Shown here: piece by piece, positions 17,008-27,030 of the stretch | How the letters are laid out: each line of letters opens with the position of its first letter | Numbering within the stretch: the first letter of the stretch is position 1 | DNA from: Dickeya dadantii NCPPB 898 | Lineage (GTDB): Bacteria; Pseudomonadota; Gammaproteobacteria; Enterobacterales; Enterobacteriaceae | Assembly: GCF_000406145.1 (NCBI RefSeq) | Contig: NZ_CM001976.1 | Location: 1,267,263 to 1,299,262, forward strand | Direction of reading: 5' to 3' | Length of the DNA stretch: 32,000 bases | Made by a program: the position numbers and the translations under genes | The notes under the pieces: model-generated | Told to the model about the DNA's origin: nothing | Database searches by the model: none | Seen by the model: only the letters and a program-made list of their open reading frames with translations

Positions 17008-17646
17008 TTACTCGGCGGCGTAACCGCCGACGGGAATGGCCTCGCCATCAAGCCAGGCTTGATTGTCGCGCAACGCCAGCCGTCCAGCCAGAAACCAGCC
17101 CACCACCAGCGGGTAGATGCTGTATTCCTGCGTTTGCACCCGTTCCTGAACGTCCTGCTCGGTATCGCCGGGGAAAATCGGCACTCGGGCCTGCAGGATC
17201 ACCGGGCCGCCGTCCAGCTCTTCGGTCACGAAATGTACCGAGGTACCGTGTTCGTCGTCGCCGTTTTCCAACGCCTTACGATGGGTGTGCAGACCGGGAT
17301 ATTTCGGCAGTAACGATGGGTGGATGTTCAGCATCTTGCCAAGGAAGCGCGTCACGAACCCGGTGCTGAGGATGCGCATGTAGCCGGCCAACACCACTAC
17401 GTCCGGCTGGTATTGGTCGATTTCCGCCGCCAGCGCCTGGTCGAAATCCGCGCGGTTGGCGTAATCGCCCGGCAACAGCGCGTGGGCGGCGATGCCGGCG
17501 TCACGCGCTCGTTCCAGACCGAAAGCGTCCGGATTGTTACTGAATACTGCGGTAATTCGCCCTGCGATGCGGCCGCTCTGACAGGCGTCGATCAACGCCT
17601 GCAGATTGCTTCCCTGACCCGAAATCAGGACAACGATGTTTTTCAT
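17008..17646 (-). CDS. purN: Phosphoribosylglycinamide formyltransferase 1
   Basis: ORF 17008..17649 starts at GTG. The adjacent ATG at 17646 gives [17 protein letters not shown] and a 212-aa product, the same length as E. coli PurN. This ATG overlaps the purM TGA by 1 nt (TGATG). Confidence 0.9.
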   Translation of the reverse strand: MKNIVVLISGQGSNLQALIDACQSGRIAGRITAVFSNNPDAFGLERARDAGIAAHALLPGDYANRADFDQALAAEIDQYQPDVVVLAGYMRILSTGFVTRFLGKMLNIHPSLLPKYPGLHTHRKALENGDDEHGTSVHFVTEELDGGPVILQARVPIFPGDTEQDVQERVQTQEYSIYPLVVGWFLAGRLALRDNQAWLDGEAIPVGGYAAE

Positions 17647-18683
17647 CACTGAATAACCACTGTCTCTCCGCCGTCGGTGCGGGTAATCACGCCGATGTTC
17701 CAGGCGGTTTCGCCGCTGGCGTTGAGGTGAGCAATGGCTTTATCCGCCTGATCCGCCGGCAGGGCGATGATCATGCCGACGCCGCAGTTAAAGGTGCGGT
17801 ACATTTCATGACGGCTAACATTGCCGCTCTGCTGCAGCCATTCGAACACTGCCGGCCACTGCCAGCTGGATTCGTCGATGGTCGCCTGCATGCCTTCCGG
17901 CAGTACGCGCGGGATGTTTTCCCAGAAGCCGCCGCCGGTCAGATGGGAGATGGCGTGTACGTCCACGTTTTCAATCAATGACAGCACCGATTTGACGTAG
18001 ATTTTGGTCGGGGCCAGCAGATGGTCCGCCAGCGGTTTGCCGTCCAGTTGAACCTGTTCCGGGTTGGCGCCGCTCACTTCGAGGATTTTGCGGATCAGCG
18101 AGTAGCCGTTGGAGTGCGGGCCGCTGGACGCCAGCGCGATCAGCGCGTCACCTTCACGGACTTTGCTGCCGTCGATAATATCGGCTTTTTCCACCACGCC
18201 GACGCAGAAACCGGCCACATCGTAGTCGTCGCCGTGGTACATGCCGGGCATTTCGGCGGTTTCACCGCCCACCAGTGCGCAACCAGATTGTTTGCAGCCT
18301 TCGGCAATGCCGGTGATAACGCGGGCGGCGGTGTCCACATCCAGCTTGCCGGTGGCGTAATAATCCAGGAAGAACAGCGGCTCGGCGCCCTGTACCACCA
18401 GATCGTTAACGCACATCGCCACCAGATCGATACCAATCGTATCATGACGTTGCAGGTCCATCGCCAGACGCAGCTTGGTGCCGACACCGTCCGTACCGGA
18501 AACCAGTACCGGTTCGCGGTATTTTTGCGGTAAGGCGCACAGGGCACCGAAACCGCCCAGTCCACCCATGACTTCCGGGCGGCGGGTCTGTTTCACTACA
18601 CCTTTGATACGGTCTACCAATGCATTGCCAGCATCAATATCCACGCCTGCGTCTTTATAGCTGAGAGAGGTTTTATCGGTCAC
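17646..18683 (-). CDS. purM: Phosphoribosylformylglycinamidine cyclo-ligase (AIR synthetase)
   Basis: The ORF track starts at GTG 18698 ([10 protein letters not shown]...). A second in-frame GTG at 18683 gives (M)[21 protein letters not shown] and 345 aa, matching E. coli PurM exactly in length and N-terminus, with GGGGA 6 nt upstream. Either start is possible. Confidence 0.9.
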   Translation of the reverse strand: MTDKTSLSYKDAGVDIDAGNALVDRIKGVVKQTRRPEVMGGLGGFGALCALPQKYREPVLVSGTDGVGTKLRLAMDLQRHDTIGIDLVAMCVNDLVVQGAEPLFFLDYYATGKLDVDTAARVITGIAEGCKQSGCALVGGETAEMPGMYHGDDYDVAGFCVGVVEKADIIDGSKVREGDALIALASSGPHSNGYSLIRKILEVSGANPEQVQLDGKPLADHLLAPTKIYVKSVLSLIENVDVHAISHLTGGGFWENIPRVLPEGMQATIDESSWQWPAVFEWLQQSGNVSRHEMYRTFNCGVGMIIALPADQADKAIAHLNASGETAWNIGVITRTDGGETVVIQ

Positions 18684-18747
18684 TGCGGAAGTCCCCACGG
18701 AGGTTACGATTGGTTTAAAAAATGGAGCGCGCTAATTCTAACAGCGT

Positions 18748-18763
18748 AAGCAAACGTTTGCGA
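18748..18763. promoter_or_regulatory. PurR operator (pur box) for purMN
   Basis: AAGCAAACGTTTGCGA matches the palindromic consensus ACGCAAACGTTTGCGT at 14/16 positions. It lies 50-80 nt upstream of the purM start candidates, in the purM/upp divergent region. Confidence 0.8.
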
Positions 18764-18904
18764 GCGGTGTGTTTGCGGTGTAGCGGTTTCGGCAAACCGG
18801 TATGACGGCCACCGTCGGCCGACGTACGGAGTGGCGCGCGGTAATTTCCGTTTCGGCTTGATTTGGATCAGACTTGAATCTATGGCGTACATGAGAAAAA
18901 GCGG

Positions 18905-18926
18905 TATAATCCCGCGATTTTTTTGG
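18905..18926 (+). promoter_or_regulatory. upp promoter -10 and T-tract initially transcribed region (UTP-sensitive reiterative-transcription type)
   Basis: TATAAT-CCCGCGA-TTTTTTT-GG. The same TATAAT, short GC spacer, GA and T-run architecture is described for E. coli upp-uraA pyrimidine control. Here the run is 7 T (18918-18924). Confidence 0.6.
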
Positions 18927-18955
18927 CCGTACACTGCCGATGGGGAGAAAGAGTA

Positions 18956-19582
18956 ATGAAAATCGTCGAGGTGAAACACCCGCTCGTCAAACATAAACTG
19001 GGTCTGATGCGCGAACACGATGTCAGTACCAAGCGTTTCCGCGAACTGGCGTCTGAAGTCGGCAGCTTGCTGACCTACGAAGCCACCGCCGATCTGGCGA
19101 CGGAAAAGGTGACCATCGAAGGCTGGTGCGGCCCGGTCGAAGTCGATCAAATCAAAGGCAAGAAAATTACCGTCGTCCCCATTCTGCGCGCCGGCCTCGG
19201 CATGATGGAAGGGGTGCTGGAAAACGTACCCAGCGCGCGCATCAGCGTGGTAGGGATGTACCGCGACGAACAGACGCTGGAGCCGGTACCCTATTTTCAG
19301 AAACTGGCTTCCAATATCGATGAGCGTATGGCGCTGGTGGTGGACCCGATGCTGGCGACCGGCGGCTCGATGATCGCCACTATCGATCTGCTGAAAAAAG
19401 CCGGCTGCCGCAGCATCAAAGTGCTGGTGCTGGTGGCGGCGCCGGAAGGGATCGCCGCGCTGGAGAAAGCGCACCCAGATGTAGAACTCTACACCGCCTC
19501 GATAGACAAAGGCCTCAACGAACACGGCTACATCATGCCGGGCCTGGGCGATGCGGGCGATAAACTGTTTGGTACCAAATGA
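18956..19582 (+). CDS. upp: Uracil phosphoribosyltransferase
   Basis: ORF 18923..19582 (TTG) trimmed to the ATG at 18956. This gives [20 protein letters not shown]..., 208 aa as in E. coli Upp, and near-identical to it. Confidence 0.95.
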   Translation: MKIVEVKHPLVKHKLGLMREHDVSTKRFRELASEVGSLLTYEATADLATEKVTIEGWCGPVEVDQIKGKKITVVPILRAGLGMMEGVLENVPSARISVVGMYRDEQTLEPVPYFQKLASNIDERMALVVDPMLATGGSMIATIDLLKKAGCRSIKVLVLVAAPEGIAALEKAHPDVELYTASIDKGLNEHGYIMPGLGDAGDKLFGTK

Positions 19583-19587
19583 TAGCC

Positions 19588-19615
19588 AGCCGACTGCAGA
19601 GTCGGCTTTTTTTTG
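19588..19615 (+). terminator. Strong intrinsic terminator immediately after upp
   Basis: AGCCGACT-gcag-AGTCGGCT followed by a T-run (8 T in total counting the stem end). It starts 6 nt after the upp stop. Confidence 0.8.
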
Positions 19616-19762
19616 CGTACGACACAGCCCGCTCCTGACGTGACGGGGTGGTTCTGCGCATACCACGGATGGCGACATTTTTTCTGCGCCGGTGTGTGCC
19701 GGCGCTGAACTTTCTGCCGGGTTCCCCGGTATTTTTCAGTCTGAGACACAGAGGAAAACAAG

Positions 19763-21052
19763 ATGACTCGTCGCGCCATCGGCGTCAGTGAACGCCCCCC
19801 GCTCCTGCAAACCATACCGTTGAGTTTCCAGCATCTGTTCGCCATGTTTGGCGCCACCGTGCTGGTGCCGATTCTGTTCAAGGTCAACCCGGCGACCGTA
19901 CTGCTGTTCAATGGCATCGGCACGCTGCTTTATCTGTTTATCTGTCGAGGCAAGATTCCGGCCTATCTCGGTTCCAGCTTTGCGTTTATTTCTCCGGTAT
20001 TGTTGCTGTTGCCGCTGGGCTATGAAGTGGCGTTGGGCGGTTTCATTCTGTGCGGCGTGCTGTTTTGCCTGGTGGCGCTGCTGGTGAAAAAGGCCGGAAT
20101 CGGCTGGCTGAATGTGATTTTCCCACCGGCGGCGATGGGCGCGATCGTCGCGGTGATCGGCCTGGAACTGGCGGGTGTGGCGGCGAACATGGCGGGCTTG
20201 TTGCCTGCCGCCGGCACGGACGTGGACGGTAAAACCGTCACCATTTCGCTGGTGACGCTGGCGGTAACGATACTGGGTTCCGTGTTGTTTCGCGGTTTTC
20301 TGGCCATTATCCCGATCCTGATCGGCGTACTGGCGGGGTATGCGCTCTCCTTCGTCATGGGCGTGGTGGATCTGGCGCCGATCGCCCAGGCGTCCTGGTT
20401 CGCACTGCCGACGTTCTACACGCCGCGTTTTGAGTGGGTGGCGATGCTGACGGTGCTGCCTGCCGCGCTGGTGGTGATTGCCGAGCACATTGGTCATCTG
20501 GTGGTGACCGCCAATATCGTGAAAAAAGATCTGATGCGCGATCCAGGTCTGCACCGTTCTCTGTTCGCCAACGGCGTGTCCACCATACTGTCTGGTTTCT
20601 TTGGCTCCACCCCGAATACCACCTATGGCGAGAACATCGGCGTGCTGGCGATCACCAAGGTTTACAGCACCTGGGTGATCGGCGGGGCGGCGGTGCTGGC
20701 GATTCTGCTTTCCTGCGTGGGTAAACTGGCCGCCGCGATTCAGGCGGTGCCGGTGCCGGTGATGGGCGGCGTGTCGCTGCTGCTGTACGGGGTTATCGGC
20801 GCGTCCGGTATCCGGGTGCTGATCGAATCCAAAGTGGATTATAACAAGGCGCAGAATCTGATCCTGACCTCGGTTATCCTGATCATCGGCGTCAGCGGCG
20901 CGAAAATCCATCTGGGCGCCGTGGAGCTGAAAGGCATGGCGCTGGCGACGGTGGTCGGTGTGTTCCTGAGCCTGCTGTTCCGTGTCATCAGCCTGTTCCG
21001 TAAAGAAGAAGAGGTGATTGACGAGGCGGACGATCAGGCTTCCGCTCGGTAA
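19763..21052 (+). CDS. uraA: Uracil:proton symporter (NCS2/NAT family)
   Basis: 429 aa, the same length as E. coli UraA. MTRRAIGVSERPPLLQTIPLS.QHLFAMFGATVLVP and most of the rest are near-identical. SD AGGAAA lies 6 nt upstream. Confidence 0.95.
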   Translation: MTRRAIGVSERPPLLQTIPLSFQHLFAMFGATVLVPILFKVNPATVLLFNGIGTLLYLFICRGKIPAYLGSSFAFISPVLLLLPLGYEVALGGFILCGVLFCLVALLVKKAGIGWLNVIFPPAAMGAIVAVIGLELAGVAANMAGLLPAAGTDVDGKTVTISLVTLAVTILGSVLFRGFLAIIPILIGVLAGYALSFVMGVVDLAPIAQASWFALPTFYTPRFEWVAMLTVLPAALVVIAEHIGHLVVTANIVKKDLMRDPGLHRSLFANGVSTILSGFFGSTPNTTYGENIGVLAITKVYSTWVIGGAAVLAILLSCVGKLAAAIQAVPVPVMGGVSLLLYGVIGASGIRVLIESKVDYNKAQNLILTSVILIIGVSGAKIHLGAVELKGMALATVVGVFLSLLFRVISLFRKEEEVIDEADDQASAR

Positions 21053-21056
21053 TCTT

Positions 21057-21084
21057 ATGGCCCGCCGGTGCGCTGGCGGGCCAT
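21057..21084 (+). terminator. GC-rich hairpin after uraA (putative terminator lacking a U-tract)
   Basis: ATGGCCCGCC-ggtgcgct-GGCGGGCCAT, a perfect 10-bp stem 5 nt after the stop. No T-run follows, so the mechanism is uncertain. Confidence 0.45.
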
Positions 21085-21167
21085 GCGGCGAAGCGGCCGG
21101 TTGACGGTTCAATCGCAAAAGGTTTCTATGCTAAACTTGATCCGTTTTCCTGCCCGTTTGGTTTGAG

Positions 21168-21875
21168 GTGCTTCTGAACACTCCGGCACAGTTATCATTG
21201 CCACTCTATTTACCCGATGACGAAACCTTTGCCAGTTTCTATCCGGGAGAAAACACGTCTCTGCTGGCCGCTATCCACACGACGCTGAATCAGGAACATG
21301 GCAGCTACATCTATTTTTGGTCGCGCGAAGGCGGCGGGCGTAGCCACTTGCTGCATGCCGCCTGCGCTGAACTATCTCGTCTCGGCAGTGCGGTCGGCTA
21401 TGTGCCGCTGGATAAACGCGCCTACTTTGTCCCGGAGGTGCTGGAAGGAATGGAGCAACTGGCGCTGGTGTGCATCGACAATATCGAGTCGATTGCCGGC
21501 GATGAAGCGTGGGAAATGGCGCTGTTCAATCTGTACAACCGTATTCAGGAAGGCGGGCGCACCCGGCTGCTGATCACCGGCGATCGGCCGCCGCGTCAAA
21601 TCAATCTGCAACTGGCGGATCTGGCGTCACGTCTCGACTGGGGGCAGATTTACCGGCTGCAGCCGCTGTCGGATGAAGAGAAAGGCGAAGCGTTGCAGTT
21701 GCGCGCCCGACTGCGTGGTTTTGAACTGCCGGAAGATGTCAGCCGTTTTCTGCTTAAACGGCTGGATCGGGAAATGCGTACTCTGTTCATGACGCTGGAT
21801 CAGTTGGATCACGCTTCCATCACCGCCCAGCGTAAGCTGACGATTCCTTTCGTCAAAGAGATCCTCGGGTTGTGA
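21168..21875 (+). CDS. hda: DnaA regulatory inactivator Hda (RIDA factor)
   Basis: High identity to E. coli Hda, including the N-terminal clamp-binding motif QLSLPL and the AAA+ core. The ORF track starts at GTG 21168. CTG at 21174 is the homolog-equivalent start (see finding). Confidence 0.9.
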   Translation: MLLNTPAQLSLPLYLPDDETFASFYPGENTSLLAAIHTTLNQEHGSYIYFWSREGGGRSHLLHAACAELSRLGSAVGYVPLDKRAYFVPEVLEGMEQLALVCIDNIESIAGDEAWEMALFNLYNRIQEGGRTRLLITGDRPPRQINLQLADLASRLDWGQIYRLQPLSDEEKGEALQLRARLRGFELPEDVSRFLLKRLDREMRTLFMTLDQLDHASITAQRKLTIPFVKEILGL

Positions 21876-21884
21876 CGCTGCCCG

Positions 21885-22241
21885 TCACAGAATATCCAAC
21901 ACCTGCTCCGGCGGGCGGCCGAGCTTAGCCTTGCCGTTGGCGATCACAATCGGGCGTTCAATCAGCTTTGGGTGGGTTACCATCGCCTGAATCAGTTGCG
22001 CTTCCGTCAGGCTGTCGCCGGCCAGATTCAGTTCTCGGTACAGATCTTCTTTACGGCGCATCAGTTCGCGCGCGCTGGCGAATCCCAGTTGTTTGAGAAG
22101 CTTACCCAGCGTGGCGGCATCCGGCGGCGTCTCCAGATACAGCACCACTTCCGGTTCGATGCCTTGTTGCTGCAACAAGGCCAGGGTTTCGCGGCTTTTG
22201 GAGCAGCGCGGATTATGATAAATGGTCACCGGTTTACTCAT
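21885..22241 (-). CDS. yfgD: ArsC-family reductase-like protein (YfgD homolog)
   Basis: 118 aa. VTIYHNPRCSKSRETLALL... and KLIERPIV...GRPPEQVL.IL match E. coli YfgD / the ArsC (Spx/ArsC) fold family. Conserved position between hda and bepA. Confidence 0.85.
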   Translation of the reverse strand: MSKPVTIYHNPRCSKSRETLALLQQQGIEPEVVLYLETPPDAATLGKLLKQLGFASARELMRRKEDLYRELNLAGDSLTEAQLIQAMVTHPKLIERPIVIANGKAKLGRPPEQVLDIL

Positions 22242-22255
22242 TTAACTCACCTTTT

Positions 22256-23719
22256 TCAGGATTTCTCGTAAGGGCGGAAGCGTTGCTGCAACGCGCGCAA
22301 CTGATCGATGCGCGCGTCGTAGCGCGCCTGATCCAGGCTGCCGAGTTTGCTTTGTGAGCTGGCGTTGCTCAGCAGGCGGATAGCCTGGTCCAGCTTGCCG
22401 TTCAGCGCCAGACTTTCCGCCCGGGATGACAATTCTTCTCCACGCATGTTTTGCGCGGCGGAAGCTTGCGCCAGTAAGTCCCAGCCGTTCGGATCGTCCG
22501 GGTGGGCGTAAGTGTATTTGCGCAGAATGCGGATGGCGTCGGCAGATTTGCGGCTTTCCACCATCGCGTTGGCCAGGTTGAGTTGCAGCACCGGGTTGTC
22601 TTGCACATCCGGCACTTTCTGCAGGCGGACGACTGCCTGATCGGCTCGCTGCTGGCCGATATCAATATCGGTCATCAGATCAAGAAACCAGGGGTTTGAC
22701 GGCGACTTGTCCAGCAGCGGTTGCAGCGTGGCGCGCGCATCATCGTATTTCTTGGTTTGATAGGCGCGGATCGCGCGGCCATATTGGGCGGCCTGCTGCT
22801 CGCGCGCGTTGCCTTTGGCCCAGTTGTCCAGCAACGCGGCGCCATACGGGTTGTCCTGCGAGCCGTACATGCCCAGCACGCGAGCCTTGGCGAACAGGAA
22901 ATCCTGCGAGGAGTGCATCGGGACCGATTTCATCTGGTTGGCGCGGTTACGGGCGTCCGACAACCGGCTTTCCGGCAACGGGTGCGTCAGCAGCATTTCC
23001 GGCGGTTTGGTGGCGTAGCGGGAGGTATCCGCCAGCCGTTGCAGGAAATTGGGCATCGCCTGCGGGTCAAATCCGGCGCGTTGCAGCACCTGAATCCCGA
23101 TGCGGTCCGCTTCCTGTTCGTTGGACTGGGTAAAGCTGATGACGCTTTGCTGCGCGCCGGCTAGCGTGCCGCTCAGCGCGGCGAACCCGGCCTGCGGATT
23201 CGCCATCGCCAGCAGCAGCGAACCGAAAGCGCCGGCCCAGGCCAGCGGCGCGTTGGCTTTCTGGGCTTCCATCGCGCGCGCCAGATGACGCTGAGTCACG
23301 TGGGAGATTTCGTGCGCCAGCACCGAGGCCAGCTCGCTTTCATTCTCTACGTAGCGGAACAGCCCGGAGTGCAGCACCACATTGCCGCCGAAAAAGGCGA
23401 AGGCGTTGATTTCGTCGTTATTGACCAGAAAGAAATGGAACGGCGTACGCACGGAATCGGCTGATTTGACCAGCCGCCCGCCCAGTTGGTTGATGTACTG
23501 CATCAGTAGCGGGTCGTTAATCAGCGGCGCGCCGGCGCGCAACTGGCGCAGGTAAAAGTCCCCCATCACCAGTTCCTGATTGATGCTGAGCGTTCCGCCG
23601 GCGGTGGTGCCGATGTCCGGCAGGTTTTCCTGCGTGCCGGCCGGGAAACCCTGCGGGCTTGCGCTCAGCAACACACCTGCCAGCATGGCGATGACCGTCT
23701 GTTTGAGCCGATAGGACAT
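22256..23719 (-). CDS. bepA: Periplasmic M48 metalloprotease/chaperone for outer-membrane protein biogenesis (BepA/YfgC)
   Basis: 487 aa (as I recall, E. coli BepA is also 487 aa). Signal peptide, HEISH zinc motif ([16 protein letters not shown]) and a C-terminal TPR-like region. High identity to E. coli BepA. Confidence 0.9.
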   Translation of the reverse strand: MSYRLKQTVIAMLAGVLLSASPQGFPAGTQENLPDIGTTAGGTLSINQELVMGDFYLRQLRAGAPLINDPLLMQYINQLGGRLVKSADSVRTPFHFFLVNNDEINAFAFFGGNVVLHSGLFRYVENESELASVLAHEISHVTQRHLARAMEAQKANAPLAWAGAFGSLLLAMANPQAGFAALSGTLAGAQQSVISFTQSNEQEADRIGIQVLQRAGFDPQAMPNFLQRLADTSRYATKPPEMLLTHPLPESRLSDARNRANQMKSVPMHSSQDFLFAKARVLGMYGSQDNPYGAALLDNWAKGNAREQQAAQYGRAIRAYQTKKYDDARATLQPLLDKSPSNPWFLDLMTDIDIGQQRADQAVVRLQKVPDVQDNPVLQLNLANAMVESRKSADAIRILRKYTYAHPDDPNGWDLLAQASAAQNMRGEELSSRAESLALNGKLDQAIRLLSNASSQSKLGSLDQARYDARIDQLRALQQRFRPYEKS

Positions 23720-23894
23720 AACGGATACAACCTTCTGAACAGCCTGAAAGAATTGTCATTATCTTAGCCAGCGGCGACAGACAATGAAACACGGGCAGGG
23801 GAAAAAGACGGGGGTAAAAACGGAAAATGCGGCGCGGGAGTCAGTTTGCCGGCGCATCAGACGCTGCACCGGCAATAATCGGGAAGGAAAAGGC

Positions 23895-24362
23895 TCAGGC
23901 GCCTTTCAGGTAATCCAGCACGATGTCGTGGTGGTTACTGGTTTTGAAATCATTGAATACTTTTTCGATGTTGCCCTCGGCATTGATCAGAAAACTGACC
24001 CGGTGAATACCGTCATAGGTTTTCCCCATGAAGGTTTTTTCACCCCAGACGCCGAACTGCTCCGCTACCTGGTGATCCTCATCGGCCAGCAGGGTAAAGT
24101 TCAGCAGCTCTTTTTCAGTAAAACGGGACAATTTTTCCGGTTTGTCGGTGCTGATGCCAAGAACTTCAACGCCGAACGTTTTCAGTTCGTCCATGTTATC
24201 GCGAAGCCCACAGGCTTGCACGGTGCAACCTGGCGTCATGGCCTTGGGATAGAAATACACCAATACCCGCTGTCCCTGGAAGTCGGCCAAATTAACTTGT
24301 TCGCCATCCTGATCGGGCAAGCTAAATTTCGGTGCGATATCACCGGCTTTCAGTGTGGTCAT
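23895..24362 (-). CDS. bcp: Thiol peroxidase / peroxiredoxin Bcp
   Basis: The ORF track starts at GTG 24365. The ATG at 24362 gives MTTLKAGDIAPKFSLPDQDGEQVNL... with the catalytic YFYPKAMTPGCT motif. Near-identical to E. coli Bcp. The start lies 2 nt after the gcvR stop. Confidence 0.92.
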   Translation of the reverse strand: MTTLKAGDIAPKFSLPDQDGEQVNLADFQGQRVLVYFYPKAMTPGCTVQACGLRDNMDELKTFGVEVLGISTDKPEKLSRFTEKELLNFTLLADEDHQVAEQFGVWGEKTFMGKTYDGIHRVSFLINAEGNIEKVFNDFKTSNHHDIVLDYLKGA

Positions 24363-24364
24363 CA

Positions 24365-24970
24365 CTACTCTCCATCTTTCTCTTCGTGCTGTGGATAGTT
24401 CACAACGCTAATACTGCCTTGCGCGTGCAGTTCTGTACATAGCTGATGAAAGGCCGGCTCAATAATTGAACCGGCCAACGCGGCCGGGCTGTGCGCCGTA
24501 ATCTGGATGTACAGTTGCGGCGGCATATCGCCGTCGGCGGGGCGGGTTTTGGACACCAGCTCAGCGATATTCATTTGATGCGAATCGAACAGATCGGTAA
24601 AGCGTTCAATGATGTGTGGTGAGTCAGCGACATCCACCTTGACCCATACGGTGGCCGGCATCGGCGGGCGGGACTGTGATTCGGTGCGTTTCATCACGAT
24701 CAGCAACTCCAGCTCGGCGCCCTTGAGCGGCAGGGTGGATTCAATCAGCGTAATCGCGTTCCAACTGCCGGACAGCAGCATGATAAAGGTGAACTCCGTG
24801 CCCAGCATCGCAAGTCGGCTATCTTCGATGTTGCAGCCACAACTGCTGACGTGGCGGGTAATCGTATTGACGATACCGGGACGGTCGGTCCCCAACGCGG
24901 TAATGACCAGATAGTGTTCTTGTGGGCGCGGCAAAATAGTGCTTCCTGTACAAAATGTTGGGAGTAACAT
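24365..24970 (-). CDS. gcvR: Glycine cleavage system transcriptional repressor (ACT-domain protein)
   Basis: HYLVITALG.DRPGIVNTITRHVSSCGCNIEDSRLAMLG.EFTFIMLLSGSWNAITLIESTLPLKGAEL matches E. coli GcvR. The start is uncertain. ATG 24970 gives 201 aa. TTG 24934, preceded by AGGAAG with a 7-nt spacer, gives 189 aa, closest to the E. coli protein (~190 aa). The ORF-track GTG at 24991 gives 208 aa. Confidence 0.85.
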   Translation of the reverse strand: MLLPTFCTGSTILPRPQEHYLVITALGTDRPGIVNTITRHVSSCGCNIEDSRLAMLGTEFTFIMLLSGSWNAITLIESTLPLKGAELELLIVMKRTESQSRPPMPATVWVKVDVADSPHIIERFTDLFDSHQMNIAELVSKTRPADGDMPPQLYIQITAHSPAALAGSIIEPAFHQLCTELHAQGSISVVNYPQHEEKDGE

Positions 24971-25081
24971 GGTAAACATAAAAAAAACCACCTGCCAAGC
25001 GCTGACAACCGCGGTTGCAAGCTTGCTTTTGCATAGAAGTCAAAAGTACCATGAAGCACTTGTTTGTGGAGGGGATGGCCA

Positions 25082-25960
25082 ATGTTTACGGGTAGTATTG
25101 TTGCTCTGGTTACGCCGATGGACGACAAAGGTGCCGTTGATCGCGCGAGCTTGAAAAAACTGATTGATTATCATGTCGCTAGTGGAACTTCCGCGATTGT
25201 GTCGGTGGGCACCACCGGCGAATCCGCCACCTTGAGTCACGATGAGCATGGCGACGTGGTGATGCTGACGCTGGAATTGAGTGATGGCCGCATCCCGGTC
25301 ATCGCCGGCACCGGCGCCAATTCGACCGCTGAGGCGATTTCCCTCACCCAGCGTTTCAACGGCACGGGCGTGGCCGGGTGCCTGACCGTGACGCCGTATT
25401 ACAATAAGCCGACCCAGAACGGCTTGTTCCTGCACTTCAAGGCGATTGCCGAGCACACCGACCTGCCGCAAATCCTCTACAACGTGCCGTCCCGTACCGG
25501 TTGCGACATGTTGCCGGAAACCGTCGCCCGTCTGTCGGAAATCAAAAATATTGTCGCAATCAAGGAAGCGACCGGGAACTTAAGCCGGGTCAGTCAGATC
25601 CAAGAGCTGGTTCATGAAGATTTCATTTTGCTGAGCGGCGACGACGCCAGCTCGCTGGACTTCATGCAACTGGGTGGCGACGGCGTGATTTCCGTGACAG
25701 CCAACATCGCGGCCCGCGAAATGGCGGTGCTGTGCGAGCTGGCGGCGCAAGGGAATTTCGTTGAAGCCCGCCGTCTGAATCAGCGTCTGATGCCGCTGCA
25801 TCAGAAACTGTTTGTTGAACCCAATCCGATTCCGGTGAAATGGGCCTGTAAGGCATTGGGATTGATGGCGACCGACACGCTTCGTCTGCCGATGACGCCG
25901 CTGACCGATGCCGGTCGCGACGTGATGGAGCAGGCCATGAAGCAGGCGGGTCTGCTGTAA
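25082..25960 (+). CDS. dapA: 4-hydroxy-tetrahydrodipicolinate synthase
   Basis: ORF 25064..25960 (TTG) trimmed to the ATG at 25082. This gives [13 protein letters not shown]..., 292 aa as in E. coli DapA, with high identity and GGAGG 9 nt upstream. Confidence 0.95.
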   Translation: MFTGSIVALVTPMDDKGAVDRASLKKLIDYHVASGTSAIVSVGTTGESATLSHDEHGDVVMLTLELSDGRIPVIAGTGANSTAEAISLTQRFNGTGVAGCLTVTPYYNKPTQNGLFLHFKAIAEHTDLPQILYNVPSRTGCDMLPETVARLSEIKNIVAIKEATGNLSRVSQIQELVHEDFILLSGDDASSLDFMQLGGDGVISVTANIAAREMAVLCELAAQGNFVEARRLNQRLMPLHQKLFVEPNPIPVKWACKALGLMATDTLRLPMTPLTDAGRDVMEQAMKQAGLL

Positions 25961-25976
25961 CCGTTAGGGAGATTTG

Positions 25977-27017
25977 ATGAGTTCTTCATTGCAAAAGTCG
26001 ATGGTGGCAAAAGTTGTCGGTGTTTCGCTGATCATGTTGCTGGCCGCCTGTACCAGCGATCAACGCTATAAGCGTCAGGTCAACGGCGATGAATCCTATC
26101 TGAAAACCCCCGAGCACCGGGCGCTGGATGTGCCGTCCGGTCTGATTCTGCCGGTGCAGAATGGGGATTACGAGGTTCCTCCGGTCAACCAGAATGGGCT
26201 GGTAGGCAAGGCGCTGGATATTCGTCCGCCGATGCAGCCATTGGCTTTGTTGAATGGTTCCCGCGGTCAGGTTTCCGGCAATAGCGCCACGCTGCTGCTG
26301 GAAAACAATGCGCGCAACAGCAGCCTGTGGGCGGTGCTGACGCAGGTTCTCCAGTCGAAAGGCTACACGATTGCCAGCCGTCAGGACGCCAGCCGGACGC
26401 TGACGACCGATTGGGTCAACTGGAAGCGTGAAGACGAGGATGTGGCGCATCAGGCGCGTTATCAGATAAGCCTGCAGACGCAGGGCTATCAGCTGGCGCT
26501 GACCGTGAAACTGCTGGATCTGCAGCAGAACACCAGCCCGGTGACGGAGCGCAGCGAAATTCAGCGTTATACCGCGCTGATGCTCAACACGCTGTCCGAC
26601 GAACTAGACAAGCGTCTGAACGATAACGACAGCGCGCAAGCCAACCGTAACAGCCAGCAGTTGAATGTCCAGAGCGGCGCCGATGATTCCGGCCTACCGT
26701 TGCTGGTGGTGCGCGGTTCCTACAATCAGGTATGGGACCGTCTGCCGAAGGCGTTGGAGAAGGTTGGTATGACCGTCAACGATCGCAGCCGTCCGCAGGG
26801 TTCGGTGTCTGTCAGTTACAAGGCGCCGGGCAGCGGCACGTGGAATGAACTGGGCGCGCATGACCCGGAATTGTCGAACGGGGATTACAAACTGCAGGTC
26901 GGCGATTTGGGTAACCGCAGCACGCTGCAATTCATCGATTCGAAAGGGCATACGCTAAGCCAGTCGCAAAATGACGCGCTGGTCGCCGTGTTCCAGGCCG
27001 CGTTCAGTAAGTCGTAA
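25977..27017 (+). CDS. bamC: Outer-membrane protein assembly factor BamC (lipoprotein NlpB)
   Basis: The ATG at 25977 is one codon inside the TTG ORF start, with GGGAG 7 nt upstream. Lipobox LLAAC, then [14 protein letters not shown] and a C-terminal [40 protein letters not shown], as in E. coli BamC. Confidence 0.92.
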   Translation: MSSSLQKSMVAKVVGVSLIMLLAACTSDQRYKRQVNGDESYLKTPEHRALDVPSGLILPVQNGDYEVPPVNQNGLVGKALDIRPPMQPLALLNGSRGQVSGNSATLLLENNARNSSLWAVLTQVLQSKGYTIASRQDASRTLTTDWVNWKREDEDVAHQARYQISLQTQGYQLALTVKLLDLQQNTSPVTERSEIQRYTALMLNTLSDELDKRLNDNDSAQANRNSQQLNVQSGADDSGLPLLVVRGSYNQVWDRLPKALEKVGMTVNDRSRPQGSVSVSYKAPGSGTWNELGAHDPELSNGDYKLQVGDLGNRSTLQFIDSKGHTLSQSQNDALVAVFQAAFSKS

Positions 27018-27030
27018 AACGCAAGAATAT

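Noticed and set aside
18704-19678. 324-aa ORF antisense to upp, spanning the purM-upp regulatory region
   Set aside because: It covers a known promoter/operator region and the complement of upp, has no motifs or RBS, and its composition is typical of shadow ORFs.
19736-21118. 460-aa ORF antisense to uraA
   Set aside because: The product is R/H/Q/G-rich low-complexity sequence exactly mirroring the uraA frame. uraA is near-identical to the E. coli protein, so the antisense frame is a shadow ORF.
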